A stretch of DNA of 46,730 bases, the filler included, from Salisapilia sapeloensis CBS 127946 (Eukaryota > Protista > Oomycota): NCBI GenBank assembly GCA_023334545.1. It is 6 parts of 6 records of this genome, joined end to end, with 100 filler letters (N's around TTAATTAATTAA, not from the genome) between each part and the next. Parts side by side here need not be neighbours in the genome. Positions count along the whole stretch, not along the records: positions 1 to 15,434 come from JAADVB010000370.1; 5 more parts are not named here. The stretch is one strand, 5' to 3'. Position 1 is the first letter of the stretch. The number at the start of each line of letters is the position of its first letter. Below the pieces are notes generated by a model. The model was not told the origin of the DNA, did no database searches, and worked only from the letters and a program-made list of their open reading frames with translations. The position numbers and the translations under genes were made by a program. Below are positions 1 through 12,285 of this stretch, in pieces.

Positions 1-234
1 TAGCCGCTGCTCCTTATCACCGTCGTCATATGCAACGTCGTAGGTTCCATCCGAGCGGCACCTCGATATCTTGCCTGGAAACCATTGGCTTCCCCGGCGG
101 TACCGAGCTTTCACCTTGTCGTCGACCTTGAGCTGCGTTTTATCTGCCTTCTTGGAGGTTTTGTACGCTTTTGACTCGTCATCCGAGTTAGAGTTCTTGG
201 ATTCTACAGCGAAGCGGGTACGGTAGCTATTCAT
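1..234 (-). CDS. Tudor/Agenet-like domain protein, 5' part (runs off the window start)
   Basis: Manual translation from ATG at 234: MNSYRTRFAVESKNSNSDDESKAYKTSKKADKTQLKVDDKVKARYRRGSQWFPGKISRCRSDGTYDVAYDDGDKEQRL. The KV.ARY.G..WFPGKI......GTYDV.YDDGD.E pattern is a Tudor-fold motif. It is absent from the ORF track because it has no stop in the window. Confidence 0.8.
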   Translation of the reverse strand, partial: MNSYRTRFAVESKNSNSDDESKAYKTSKKADKTQLKVDDKVKARYRRGSQWFPGKISRCRSDGTYDVAYDDGDKEQRL

Positions 235-445
235 TGGAAACTTAGCCTACTTGGTGTGAATGCAGTGTGAATTAAAGATTGTGTTATCTCGTCAAGATTT
301 GGGTGTTTCAGTTTTCCAAGTCTCTTCATGTAAATATAACGGCATGGTATTAAAGTAACGAGCAAGCTCGATGAGCCACTTGTTATTTGGAACTCTGAAG
401 TACTTTTCTACCACGCTGTCAACAAGATCATAACGATATTGTATC

Positions 446-3050
446 ATGTCTACTACCAGATCACGATACATGCCTCATTGGAAGCACTTTGTATATTGCC
501 TAGTTGTACTGCTGTTAATTTCAAACAGTGTTGGAGATGGCTTCAATGTGCTCGAGTTTCCTGCAGGACGTCTCCAGTTTAGTACCGAAAACTATGCTAC
601 GTCGATAGAGATTGGATTAGCCTACCTAACAGGTAATATGGCAACCAAAGATACTTCTAATCATCGCTAACTTTTAGGATTAGTTCAGAGACACCTCGGA
701 TCCACCGGAAAAGTTTCTGTGCTTATTTCAGTACTCCCAGGAGAAGGAGATGCTGTTGAAGGGGATAAATTTAAGGGAATACACAATCAGAGAATCAATT
801 GGGAGGATGGAGACATGTTTGACAAAGAGGTGCATATTCCAATTATTAATGACGGAGAGCCTCAATACCATCCACTTACTTTCGTGGTGCATTTGCACAA
901 TGCTGTTGAAGCAACAATAAACCCTGCTCTCGATCGGGCAACAATAACGATCATGCCATCTAGAAATCTTCGTCCAGGGTACCTGAGTTTTACCTCAAAT
1001 CAGGTGATTGCTCAAGAAGACTCTGTTGGTGTAGTAAGAATACCTGTCGCTTGGTCTGGAGGCACAACGGAAACTGCCTCGGTAGCTTTCGAAATTCAAT
1101 GCGGGAACGCATGCTATCCTGACGATTTTATACTAAAGAACCCAACTAACCAACGTCTTACTTGGCTGGAAAGTGAATCTACTATCCAGTACATTGAGCT
1201 TGAAATTCCTCAAGACCATATCTATGAGCAAGATGAATACTTTAATATCAAACTTGTACCTATACTACCTCCAGTAGAGGCACTTGTCGGAAATGGAGAG
1301 CTCGGAGATATACCGGAAGTCATGGTCACAATACAAGGACCGAACGATGGTATGTGCTTCGCAACTTCTTTCAACTATAAAAATGTACATTTTGACTCAT
1401 TTTCTTACACTATGGGCAGTCTCAGCAGGTATTATCCAGTTTGAAAGTGATTGTTTTCCTTCCTGCGCAAGTCAAAACTATGAGGTAAAAGATGGAGGCC
1501 TGGTAAACATCCTGGTTAAGCGTATAGGTGGAAGCGATGGTGAGGCTTCTGCTCTTATTAGTACTAGAGATGGAAGTGCAATCGCTGGGAACGATTATGT
1601 CGCGTACTCCGAGCGCCTCACTTGGAACGATGGCGAATCCTCCGCAAAAGAAGTCTTTATAGCAACTATTAAAGGGGTTGTTCGTAGATCGTCTGTCCAA
1701 TTTACACTAGAACTAACAGATAGTCGAGGAGCGAAGTTGACAGAAGAGCATTCTCGCATCACTAGTATCACCATCGCTGGGCCTGCCAATATTTTGTCCG
1801 GCGTCATTGATTTTGTAAATCCTCCTGCGCTGGAAAACGTATTGACTGGGGCAGATGCAAGCTTCTTTCACCTCTCATCCTTACAAGACTCTGGAAAAGA
1901 TTTGTGTCCAGACATTGTCGTGATGGAACCAAAGATTATATCTGTCATAGTCCATCGAAGTTTCTCCAATGTTTGGCCGGCGGCATCTGTCATGATATCG
2001 ACACGTCAAGACACTGCGATAGCTGACATTGATTACGTTGCTATCCAACCTCCAATAGTTTTATCTTGGGAAGACGGAGAAAAGGATGACAAGATAGTTC
2101 AGCTAGAAATAATGGACCCAGGGTACTACTTTACAGATTTGAGGTACTTCTACGTAGAAATGAGCGACACAAGCAATATCAACATTGGGTCATGTGGGAC
2201 TCTTAAAATTGTACTCGATTCTGTAGGCCAACCACCTCAGCTTCTTTCATTCGATATTGATATGACTGTGGGAAGCCTTTTAATGCGATTTAATCATGCG
2301 GCAAAGTCAAATACATTTGATCCTACCAAGTTACGTTTGCAATCAACAGCTATTAAAACACTCGATACAGAAGCTATCCAGCTTACAGTCAGTACTTCAA
2401 CGCCTCCTGACATTATTAGCAACGAGCTTGTTGTAATATTTGGAGCGGACGACTTCCTAGCTTTACAAGGGCTCGGCTTGTTAGGAAAACGCGCTGAAAC
2501 TACCTTCCTCGCAGTAGATGACGATATGTTAATTTTCACACAACACAATTGTCTTGAAGACACCCTCTCAGGATGTGTACACCTTCCTATAGTACCGATT
2601 TCCGAAATGAACGCTCTGCAAGCATTATCATTTGTTACTGATATTGTGGCACCCAAGCTTTTAGGCTTTTCGCTAGATATGACAAAGCAATTACTAAAGC
2701 TTCACTTTTCGGAACCAGTGGATCGATCCACCACCAATGTCGAAGGCATCCGCTTAAGCGACACAGTGGAAGGGATCGATAGTTGCACACTATCTGCATC
2801 TTCGACGACATTGTTCTCGCCAACTCCAGATCCAATGTCTGGTGCCTTGCTCTACGAAGGCAATAAGTTACCGCTTGATGGCACCTACATCACTCTTATG
2901 ATAGGTGAGGATGACTTAAATACCATCCAATTGACTGGAAATGGCAAAATTGGCATCGATAAGGATTCCACGTATTTGTCAATATTCAGCATCTTTATCA
3001 CGGACATGGCAGTCCCAGGAAATCCCGTTGAACCAATCGCAGAGTCGTAG
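446..3050 (+). CDS. Secreted multi-Calx-beta protein with two copies of a D..P.L..F.(L/I)DM...L...F repeat (multi-exon)
   Basis: Hydrophobic signal-like N-terminus (FVYCLVVLLLISNSVG). Introns at 633-677 and 1350-1425/1428 join the ORFs in frame. About four Calx-beta units (LQF..., V.R..G..G..SV, W.DG....K.V.I.I.ND). Confidence 0.8.
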
Positions 3051-3339
3051 ACTTTATGGAGTCTTGCAATGACTTCAAAATTGCAAGATTAGCGGATAAA
3101 GGTTGTGCTCACAATGAGTTTTAAATGCCACCAACAATCGAGATTATTCAGGTGGTTGCCATATCAAACCAAAATTCAATTATATAGTTTTATGTATGAC
3201 AACAACTTAGCAGAAGACACAAGTATGTACTAAAACAAGCGGAAATGTATTCACCTTGGCATGACTAGTCGCGTAAGCAAAGTAAACCTCAGAGAAATCA
3301 TCGTCGATAGTTGCAAGTAGGATATTCTGCTGATAGCAC

Positions 3340-4011
3340 GTGGATGATATGGCTGGTAATTTGATGCAAGTCAGTTCTTCAGATTGTTCTCTCTGCCCAG
3401 TGGATACATTTCTAAGTAGTCCATGTACTCCGTACAAGGACAGAGTCTGCACTACGTGCAGTTCTTGTGACGAAGGCTGGTATGAACTGAAAGAGTGCAC
3501 ACCACTCCAAGACACAAGTTGCTATCGTAAGTTTCCATTGTCGAATACATCTTGTACCGTTCCACATCCATAGCTAAATTATTATGTAGCCTGCACAGAG
3601 TGTAAAGGCGGTGAATATATTTCTACTGCGTGCACAACGGATTCCAACCGAGTTTGCAGTGCGTGTACTCTTTGTACAAGTGACGAGTACGAATCAACAC
3701 CTTGTGCTCATGGTGCCGATCGAGTCTGCCGAAGTTGTGAATCGTGCACCCTAACAAAAGAGCAGGAAGAGTTATGCAAAGGGAGCAAGAAATGGAGAAG
3801 ACTGCAAATGAAAGCACCATACGGCTGTCCAGCAGAAAACCAGGAATTCAAGACGCTTGAAGATAGACTTCAACGTGCCAAGTCGAATCTATGTGGCGCA
3901 GGACGTTGCTCTTGCACGCCGAGTGGAGTTGGGAACATGAACCCAGATGGAGAAGGATTTCCTAATGATGAACGCTGCACCGGGCCGAAGGAGTACAATA
4001 TCGATCTGTAA
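3340..4011 (+). CDS. TNFR/NGFR-type cysteine-rich repeat region, probably the C-terminus of the Calx-beta gene
   Basis: CSLCPVDTFLSSPCTPYKDRVCTTCSSCDEGWYELKECTPLQDTSCY, then an intron at ~3528-3588, then ACTECKGGEYISTACTTDSNRVCSACTLCTSDEYESTPCAHGADRVCRSC..., ending at TAA 4011. This is the periodic C-x2-C...C-x7-C TNFR pattern. Confidence 0.75.
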
Positions 4012-4260
4012 AGGCAACAAGAACGCTCATATGAATTTAAACTTTGTGTCTTGTAATATCGCGTTTGAAACAATGTGCATAGTCTAGAATCTTCAGGCCG
4101 ATTTTAATGCAGCATAAGTCAAGCCAATGTCGTCGTTCTGGCGCCACTATGTAAAGGTATGTCGCCTTTAAGTCAACTTCTGCTGATCTCATGTTGAGAG
4201 ATGCCGAGATAGATTGCTACTGTGTCGCGGTAGATAAAGTCGACACAACCGCGATATAAC

Positions 4261-4300
4261 TCGACATAAGGCGACATAAGGTGGTATAAGGCAACATAAG
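4261..4300. repeat. Degenerate 10-bp tandem repeat (NCGACATAAG-like x4)
   Basis: tcgacataag gcgacataag gtggtataag gcaacataag, with an inverted copy (tatgtcgcctt) at 4158-4168. Confidence 0.6.
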
Positions 4301-4336
4301 ATAAAGAAGTATGTCGCATTAAAGACTCTCGTCCCT

Positions 4337-5969
4337 TTAGCACGCTGACTTTGGCAAACGAATTTCGTAGTGCTCATAAGACAACTCCTGAGCATCTGAT
4401 ACAGTGTCCAGGAGCTGATCACCATCAGGGAGATCTTTGACACTTGTGATTTTGTAGTCCAAGTCGGACTTCGCCAGGATGTCATGAAGGTGCAAAACAC
4501 CGAATCTGCTATGACTGTCGGCATTCATGAGGTAGGCAACACCCGTCTCACTTAGCCGACTGTGCACCACTCGCAGAAAGCCTTCAGCAGTGCTTGGCTC
4601 GCAGATAATATCACTGGCGATAATCACATCAAATTTGGATCCGAGGGTATTAATGGAAGCGTCGCTATCCCAGTCCAGTCCTAGCACGTCAACATTGGGC
4701 TTGCTCTCACTGCAGTCAATTTGGTGTGTAAAGGGTCTGTTCAGCTCGACGTTGTACGCCAAAGCACGGCAAGTGTCTTCTTGGTAATCTGTCAGAGTCG
4801 TTGTAGCGGCGTATCTTGCTGCAACAATGCCACTCAACCCAAGGCCACTCCCGACTTCCAGTGTAGACTTTCCGGCAAATTCAGATCGGTGCAGGTGAAT
4901 CCATCGAGCCATGACGATCGATGCGCCCCACAATAGATAACCAGTCTTTGGCTGTCCTGTCATGCGAATCGGTACTTGACGTACAAGCACGGATATTGCG
5001 TCCGAGCTAATCGCTTTGTCCCGAGGATCAATCGGAAGAGGAATACACAGCGGGTATGCTCGCTTAATATCACCAAGCTGACGAGTTCTATTACAGTAAT
5101 AGTGTGTTCAATTCGTATCATTGGTCATTGGATACAGCTCAAATGAATAAACAGCAATGTTTTACCGATGAGGAAATGAGAAGCCGACGGAGTTATACTT
5201 GTCCGATGTGCAATTTCCAACCACAGCAGCAGCAGCCTACAAAGTCCAAAGTAAGGTACCTCTTCCTCCAAATTATTTAAACCATAAAGTCACCCTACCT
5301 CTTGAATGTCAGCATCCTCATGTTCCATTAGCATCAAAAGGGGCATGTGCATTCCCATGCGTGCTAACCAAAACAATACACAGATGAGAGATTGCAAACT
5401 AAGGGCTTGATCGCCACGCGGCGAAGAATGAGATCGTACCGACTAATGACGCATTATCCTCGTCTCGCGAGGCAGAAGCAAGAAGCTTTAGTAGCTACAT
5501 TTCGCCACACCAAGCGTATTGAAAATAAGTATACCGGTTCTGAAATGCACACGCTGAACATGCAAAAGTGTACAGCTTACCGTGATCATATCGTCGACTT
5601 CACTCGCAGTAGGCTCCATTAACGCAAGGAAGCGCTTCATCGATGCCTGACAGACATCGAAGAATCCAGCTAGGAAAGAATAAGCTTAATAACATCAATC
5701 AACCCGATCGTTCACGTGAATGCGTACCCAAGCCGAGAGCACAGCGCCCAAAAGTAGTGCTGGACATTTCGACCAGCAACGGCAAACGGGACTGATCTCC
5801 GTCATTCCAGTCCTGCACAGCAACTCGAGTAGCTTTCACGGTCACATCCAGCGGAGGCATGCGAAGAACCACCATCTTGTGAGGGTTTTGCAAATCTATT
5901 TGTGATCAGATCAACGGTTCACCCCTCCAGTCGTTCCTACGACGAACAGACACGGCCTTCTGAAGACAT
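4337..5969 (-). CDS. METTL21/Methyltransf_16-family lysine methyltransferase with N-terminal ARM-like region (multi-exon)
   Basis: The last exon has TGYLLWGASIVMARW, LEVGSGLGLSG (motif I), TLTDY, LDW and FDVIIASDII. Upstream exons reconstructed by hand from ATG 5969 include ARMGMHMPLLMLMEHEDADIQE|AAAAVVGNC. The 5' exon structure is tentative. Confidence 0.8.
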
Positions 5970-5980
5970 TGTGAATGGTT

Positions 5981-5989
5981 TGATTGGCT
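5981..5989 (-). promoter_or_regulatory. CCAAT box (AGCCAATCA)
   Basis: TGATTGGCT on + lies just upstream of an INR-like CCATTCAC and the methyltransferase ATG. The same 9-mer recurs at two other promoter positions. Confidence 0.55.
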
Positions 5990-6160
5990 AGACTGAAGAT
6001 ATCAGATTACGTCATTCGTGTTTGACAACGCGACAGATATGTCACATGAGACGGGTGTCAAAGTACCTACCAAGATCCTACGAACAGCTACTAGACAAGT
6101 CAGAGTTTCAATTCTCTAATTTCCATTTTGATTCGACGCAACCACATGATTTTTCCCATA

Positions 6161-9100
6161 TCAATTCGTGACGTGTATAGGGAGACCGTAGCACACTGCT
6201 GCATGACCATTTAACAATCGCAGCTTGCACACTTTTCTCGCGCGAGCCAATGCAGTCGGCAACGCTTCTTCGCTCCGTCCATCCTCTGTCGTCTCTTCCG
6301 ACACGCCGACCCACGACCGAATCAAATCAACACTTAGCATATCAATATCTTTGTCCGTAACATCCCACAGCATCGCCACGACAGCCGGACTCTGAGCCTT
6401 CAAGTACGATAGCAGCGGCCCCGTGGCTCCAAATCGTCCAGGCGACTCTAGGCGCCCACTGCTGCAGCCTACTAAGAGAGAAGCACTGCATCCGTCAATG
6501 TCTTCCACGACCTTCCTGCTTACGTATTTTTCACCAGAGCCATGACCACAGTAGACGAACAAGTCCGACTGAGACAAGAACCGCACCACTTCGGCCGACG
6601 TCGGCACTCTGCCTGCAACACCACTCCACTTGAGAGACGACCGACCGCTCTCAAGCACTGGTGCAAGCCGTTGCTGAGTCTGTGCGAGGTCATCACCAGG
6701 ATTCAAGACATAGCTAACTTTTCTGCGACTTATCTCGGACAAACGCTTGATTGTGCGAGAGATGAGTTCCAACGACGGCATGCGGCTAACACCCTTCCGT
6801 CGTAGCACATCCATCGCTTCAAACGGAAATTCCTGCAGTCGAGAGTCGAGTACCAAGATGGTAAAGTTTGACGCGTCTGAATCGTCAGAGCTACTACAAG
6901 GACTCCGCCGCCGCTTCTTGGATGCTTCCTTCTTCTCCGACTGCTTCTCAAGCAATCGTTCAAACAGATCTTTCTTCAAACCAGAAGTGTCAGCGTTGAT
7001 CGCTGCAAGTCGATCACGTAGCTCGGACACTCGCATCTTTCGGGCTTCTTGTCTCGAAAGCGGCACTTCGCTCTCTTCTTCAAGTCCTTGGCTGTCGTCA
7101 AAGGAACTAGGCGTGGACGAGTCACTACTGGAGGTTTGCGCTCCATCCTTGTGGACAGATCGAAGCACTTCCAGCACCTGTAGTCGTTCTGTATGGCTCA
7201 GTGTCGACTTTTCTGCTTTTAAAATGCAACGAAGGGCAAGAGGTACGTCATCATCATCCAGCTTTAATCCAGGAGCACCGATCGCATCCACTAAAACCGT
7301 CAAATGGTCTTTTACTACAGAGGACAGTGGAATGGCATCAAGCGCAGCGTACACTCTCTCCTTTTCTTCTAAAGGTGTGTCATCTGGAGCTAAAAGCCCT
7401 CTCCAAATGCCAAGCACTTGCTCCATTTCGTTCACAGCTCTACCTAGACGCACATCCAACGCCTTTCGCTTCCTCCACCACTCTCGCTTCTGATCAGCAG
7501 TCCACTTGGCAACATCTTGCTGCGAATGACTATTTAATGTATCTCTCGACGCCTGTGTGATGTCACCCACTTCCTTTGTCAGTTCAATCCACTTGCTGCT
7601 GGGAATAGACATCAAAGTAGGGTCTTTGCCATCGTTTTGCATGCGGGAGATGACTAATTCCTCAGACAATGTTGTGATGAGAGATGTGACCGTCCAGCTC
7701 ATTGGGAGGCATTCCATTTGCTTGGTATATTCAGCTGCTAAGCTTTTACGAACCTCAGTATTTTCGTCCTGGACAGCACGAAGCTTCTTTTCAATGGAAC
7801 AAACTTTAGCCTGTACGTCCGTTGACTTGCAGGATGCTTCATCTATCGTCCTGTCATGGCAGCATGTCGGACTAGAGCTATTCGACACTAGTACCGCACT
7901 TGCACGTAGCAAAGTGCTTCTATCGTTTCCGGAAGCGACATGGCTCTGGTGACGATAGAGATCAGATAAAGCTCTGCACATTCTACTTTTCACTGGACTC
8001 TGACCGATTTGCATTATGAGTTGGTATTGATCCTCCAGTCTTGATACAACACGCTCCACCTCGATGCGATCGACCGTCGGATTAATTTTCAAAAGGAGTA
8101 GCGCCAAGTCACACGTCGCCAGAGCTTTCACTTGGGGATGGCGACAGGTATCCAACGCTCTCTCCAGTTGCTTAACATGATATTGAAGAGTCTCCACCGA
8201 TGCTTCAGGCACCTCAATCGCTTCTACCTGTGCTCGGAGTCGGCATACCTGTACATACAAGTGTGTTTTATCAAACGGTACTTTGTCTTCTGACGTCAAG
8301 TCGCTCCATAAATCAAGCAACAGGCTCTGCGCTTCTTCCGTACGCCTATTTGCGACCAAACACTCTGCCCTCACAATCCTTTCTCCCAATGTAGAGTCCA
8401 ATAAAGATATGTGCCCACTTCCACTTTCGTTCCATGCATGAACCATGTTAAGCGCAGATTGTGCTTCGCGACCATGTCCTGCCGCCACGTGCAACCGAGC
8501 AAACTTCACGAACGGATTCGGATGCAAGTAGCCCTTTAAATGACCTACGAGCTCCATGGCTTCTAAATAGTAATATGAAGCTTTCTTCACTTCATCCATG
8601 GCTTCGTAGGAAGTCGCGACAGTCTGGAGCGCGAAGGAAGCAGCCGTCAGAACACTCCATGAAGACGCTTCCACGCCCATGCAATAGATGAGTGGTTTCT
8701 CTGTTGAAGCCTTTAGGTCCGACCCACGAACGACGTCTGGTACTCGAAACCTCTCCATCCTGCCGCAATGTGCGGGTGCAAAAGCAAACTTGCGTGTCAG
8801 CTTCCATGCTATTGCTAGCGCTGTCTTTCCTTCTTGCAGCGCAGCAGAGAACTCGCCACTATGCAACATGATATTGGACAGGGTGATGTGAAGGTGTACT
8901 TCTCGCAGTCCCAGCGCCATCATCCTCTCACGACTACTAGATTTGCTACTTTGTGTCTTAATAGCAGATAGCATGTCCGCAGCCACAGCAACTTTTTGAC
9001 AATTCTCCACTGTCGCAGTTGCCGCATGCGCATGTGCCAAAGCCAAGTTGCGATCTAGATCCGAAAGACCAGCACAATGCGTTTGGCATTTGTCTACATC

Positions 9101-12097
9101 CAAGTCTTTGGCACATTGCTCTGTAAGTGATAGCGTAGGAGCAGGCCATACGTCTACTTCGGCAGCATCCATTTGAACTCGAATGAGCAAGTCATCCAGC
9201 CTGCCGCCTAATGCTGGCCAATCGTACAAGTTAACAAGATGCTTGAGGTTCTCCAAGAGCTCTGCAATTCCACTTGCTGTCATTGCCCATGGCCACTCTT
9301 GATACGCTCTATCCGCTAGGCCCTGCATAAGATCCAAGCATAACGTTACATCCGCTCGAATGTCTTCAATTGGAGTCATGACCGTTGTACTAGACTTATC
9401 ACTGGCGTTGCTGTAGCGTAGCAGTTGATTTCGCTCACATGCAATGATCACCCGCCATCCATTCAAAACGCTCTCCATTAAAGGTCCGTTAAAAGAGAGA
9501 TCTTCCAAGGCGGTTGCAAGATCTTTCCCGATTGTTTCGAGTTGTTCGACACACTCCACAGCGTTGTAGGACGCGTAGAACATCGCCAGAGCCTGCCTTC
9601 TTCGACATAAGGCATTGCGTAGTATACTTTTGCACTTGGAACAATCATTCTTGCCATCCTGAATTAAAAGACTATCACAGGACGCTTCTAACTTGAGACT
9701 CGCATCAAGTGCACATTGCAGTCTCGTCCACTTTTGTCTATCTTTCTTGGCTTTTTGTGACTGTATCTGCATGTCAGCTACGATACTCTTTGACGAATGT
9801 ACGAAGGCTTCTCGGAACATGCTAGTCGATCGTACAGACGCGTCTCGACCTCGCTTTATCTCCTTCTCTACGTCGGTCAAGTCCCCATTCCCTCTCTTTT
9901 TCCACCCATGCACTAGAGACGTTACGTATCTATCTACACTTTTCTTCACCTGCTCTGTATCTCCTGTAAACGTTAGAGCGGAAGTTGCGTAACGACGCGC
10001 TTCCTTCGGGTCTTTCGCCTGCTGATAGCACTCTGCCAGAAAAGATGCAATCTTTTTGCTGTAGCTACTAGTCTGTTCTTTGGATTTGGCATCTTGCAAT
10101 TTGTTTAAGACTGTTCCGACCAAGGCGTGGACAGGAGATAGAAACTTGATCGCTCTGTCAAATTTCTTCTCGTTGTAGTCCAGTGTAGCGACATTGTACG
10201 TCTCTCGACAAACGCTGCTGATATCTGTGACGACGGTCGACGAATCTTTCGCTACAGACGTCTTCTGGATCAAATACTGCAGCTGCTGTATACAGCTACA
10301 AAAACTTTCCGCTGTTTCTGACGCGTTCTGTTTTAATGCAGTCACAAGATGCATACGTCGCAGTCGGATCTCCAGTCTCTGTAGGTGGAATAAAGATGAT
10401 GCATCTAATGTGGAAGAACAAGTGGCAACGTGCTGAATGGATACATGTAAAGAAGACATCATGCGCGACTGCAACTCCACTGGGTACTCTAACAAAGTCC
10501 CAACGCGCGCACAAGTTCTCATCCCAACCGTTTGTACCAACTGTACTAAGCTCGTCGCTATCTCATTCCTGTCTACTTTAGATAATAGTGTCCCGACACT
10601 ACTCATCCACTGCGATGCCTTTTCAAGACAGATGGATGGTCGGTCATGACGGTCCAATGTCGATATTGAAGATGCGAGTGTCGATTTGTAAGGCAACGGG
10701 CTTTTCATATCGGTCACTGTGGACGACCGAGAGTAGACCTGTAAGAGAATGCATGCTACAGACAGTCGCACAAGCGCTCTCACTGTCACTGAGGATGCAA
10801 AAGACTGCAAGTAGCATTCTAAGTACTCGAGTATAGCTATCGCATCGAAATAATAGCCTTTGCTTTCACAAACGGAGGCAAAGTGATCCATCCAGAGGAT
10901 ATAGTCTACATTCAGCTCCTTGGACTACAAAAATTGAAATGAGCATCAATAATTGACTGGTTGGGATTATTAGTACTACCTTGGAGAGCTGTCCACTTGC
11001 ATCTAAATAAGTCGATACTTGGCAATAAAAGTCGATGACCCGTTGACTGTCGCCTGCTGAACGACCGGATTTGCGCTCTACTTGGACACCGACGCGATAA
11101 GCTTGCTGACAATAATAGTTTACAGAGTATTGTGGACACTGGATCATCAAGGACAGGGCGATGGATCTAGCACGAACCGAATCATCCACATTTTCAATCG
11201 ATACCGACTGCTTCCACAGCAGACGAAACGCACGGTCTCGAAAGGACGCAGCGATCTTTAGATCCGCACCTGGCAAGTGCTCCAGGTGCTCCATCCATTG
11301 CCACAATTCAGTTGTTGCTGTGTCCATTGCCATCTACGAGTATCCCGACATGATCAATCAGTACATTTCTTACTTCCTATCTCTGTTATTCAACGGAAAT
11401 GTACCTTGTATTGGCTGCATAGGCATTGGAAACTCATGACAGTAATGAAGTAGCCGCTAGCGAGTCGTGCTGTCTGCACCGTCGAAGAAAATGACGGTCT
11501 GGGTAGCTCAGATAGACTTGACAACATTTTCGGGTTCATCTTTTCTACTGATCGATCATCAATCGTCGGCTGAATACCTGATACAGTGTTGTCTTCGTCG
11601 AGATGCAATTGGAGTTGAGTCTTGAGACTGTATAAGACTAAATACGCCTTGCGTTTGCACTCCAATGGCTCAATATATGTCTTGGCGACCTGGTAGAGCA
11701 TGTTTTCAGGAACGAGTGCTCCGAGAGCGACGCTGTCTTCAAACTGCATGATGATAAAGATGGCAGCGCAGGCGAGATCCATCGCAGCAGTGATATCATC
11801 ATCTTTTGATCGTCGTGGACCAGTGCAGTAGGTTTTGAGCACCTTTTGCGTCAACTTGGCGCAATAGATTGCATTCGTCTTGCGAGCAGCTTTCGATAAT
11901 GCACGAGGCTTTGCGGACGGCTTTTGGTATTCGCCACTAGAAGTGATTAGCTGATGCAAAAGCACAAGTGACGTGGAGCTCGCGTTTTCAGGAACCACCA
12001 GCATGTCTCCCATGGTTGCCAAAAACATCCTGAGCGCCTCTGTTGCAGCACCAGGTCGCTCTACAAGAGCTATTAAGCGCTTCTGCTGGGCCTCCAT
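6161..12097 (-). CDS. ESP1: Separase (peptidase C50), 3 exons, ~1936 aa
   Basis: The C-terminus has YVLNPGDDL, DLFVYCGHGSG (catalytic His) and LLVGCSSG (catalytic Cys). GT-AG introns 11334-11404 and 10925-10979 join the three ORFs in phase 0. Confidence 0.95.
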
Positions 12098-12285
12098 TCC
12101 TACCTCGCGCCAAAACTGGTCGTGTGTGTCTAATTAGATAGATATGTTGTATTTGCAACATCTTTTGTATATTTAGTCAAATTAAATTATTTTACAATCC
12201 TAAAGTAAATGTAAAATTTAAGCGAATAGCATCACTTTTATATGTAGATTTTATCTTCATTCGAGACAAGAACCAGATACAAGCA

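Noticed and set aside
6747-7493. 248-aa + strand ORF (also 13206-13847, 30500-31027, 39751-40236, 40644-41015)
   Set aside because: These are antisense shadows of well-supported genes, with no recognisable motifs.
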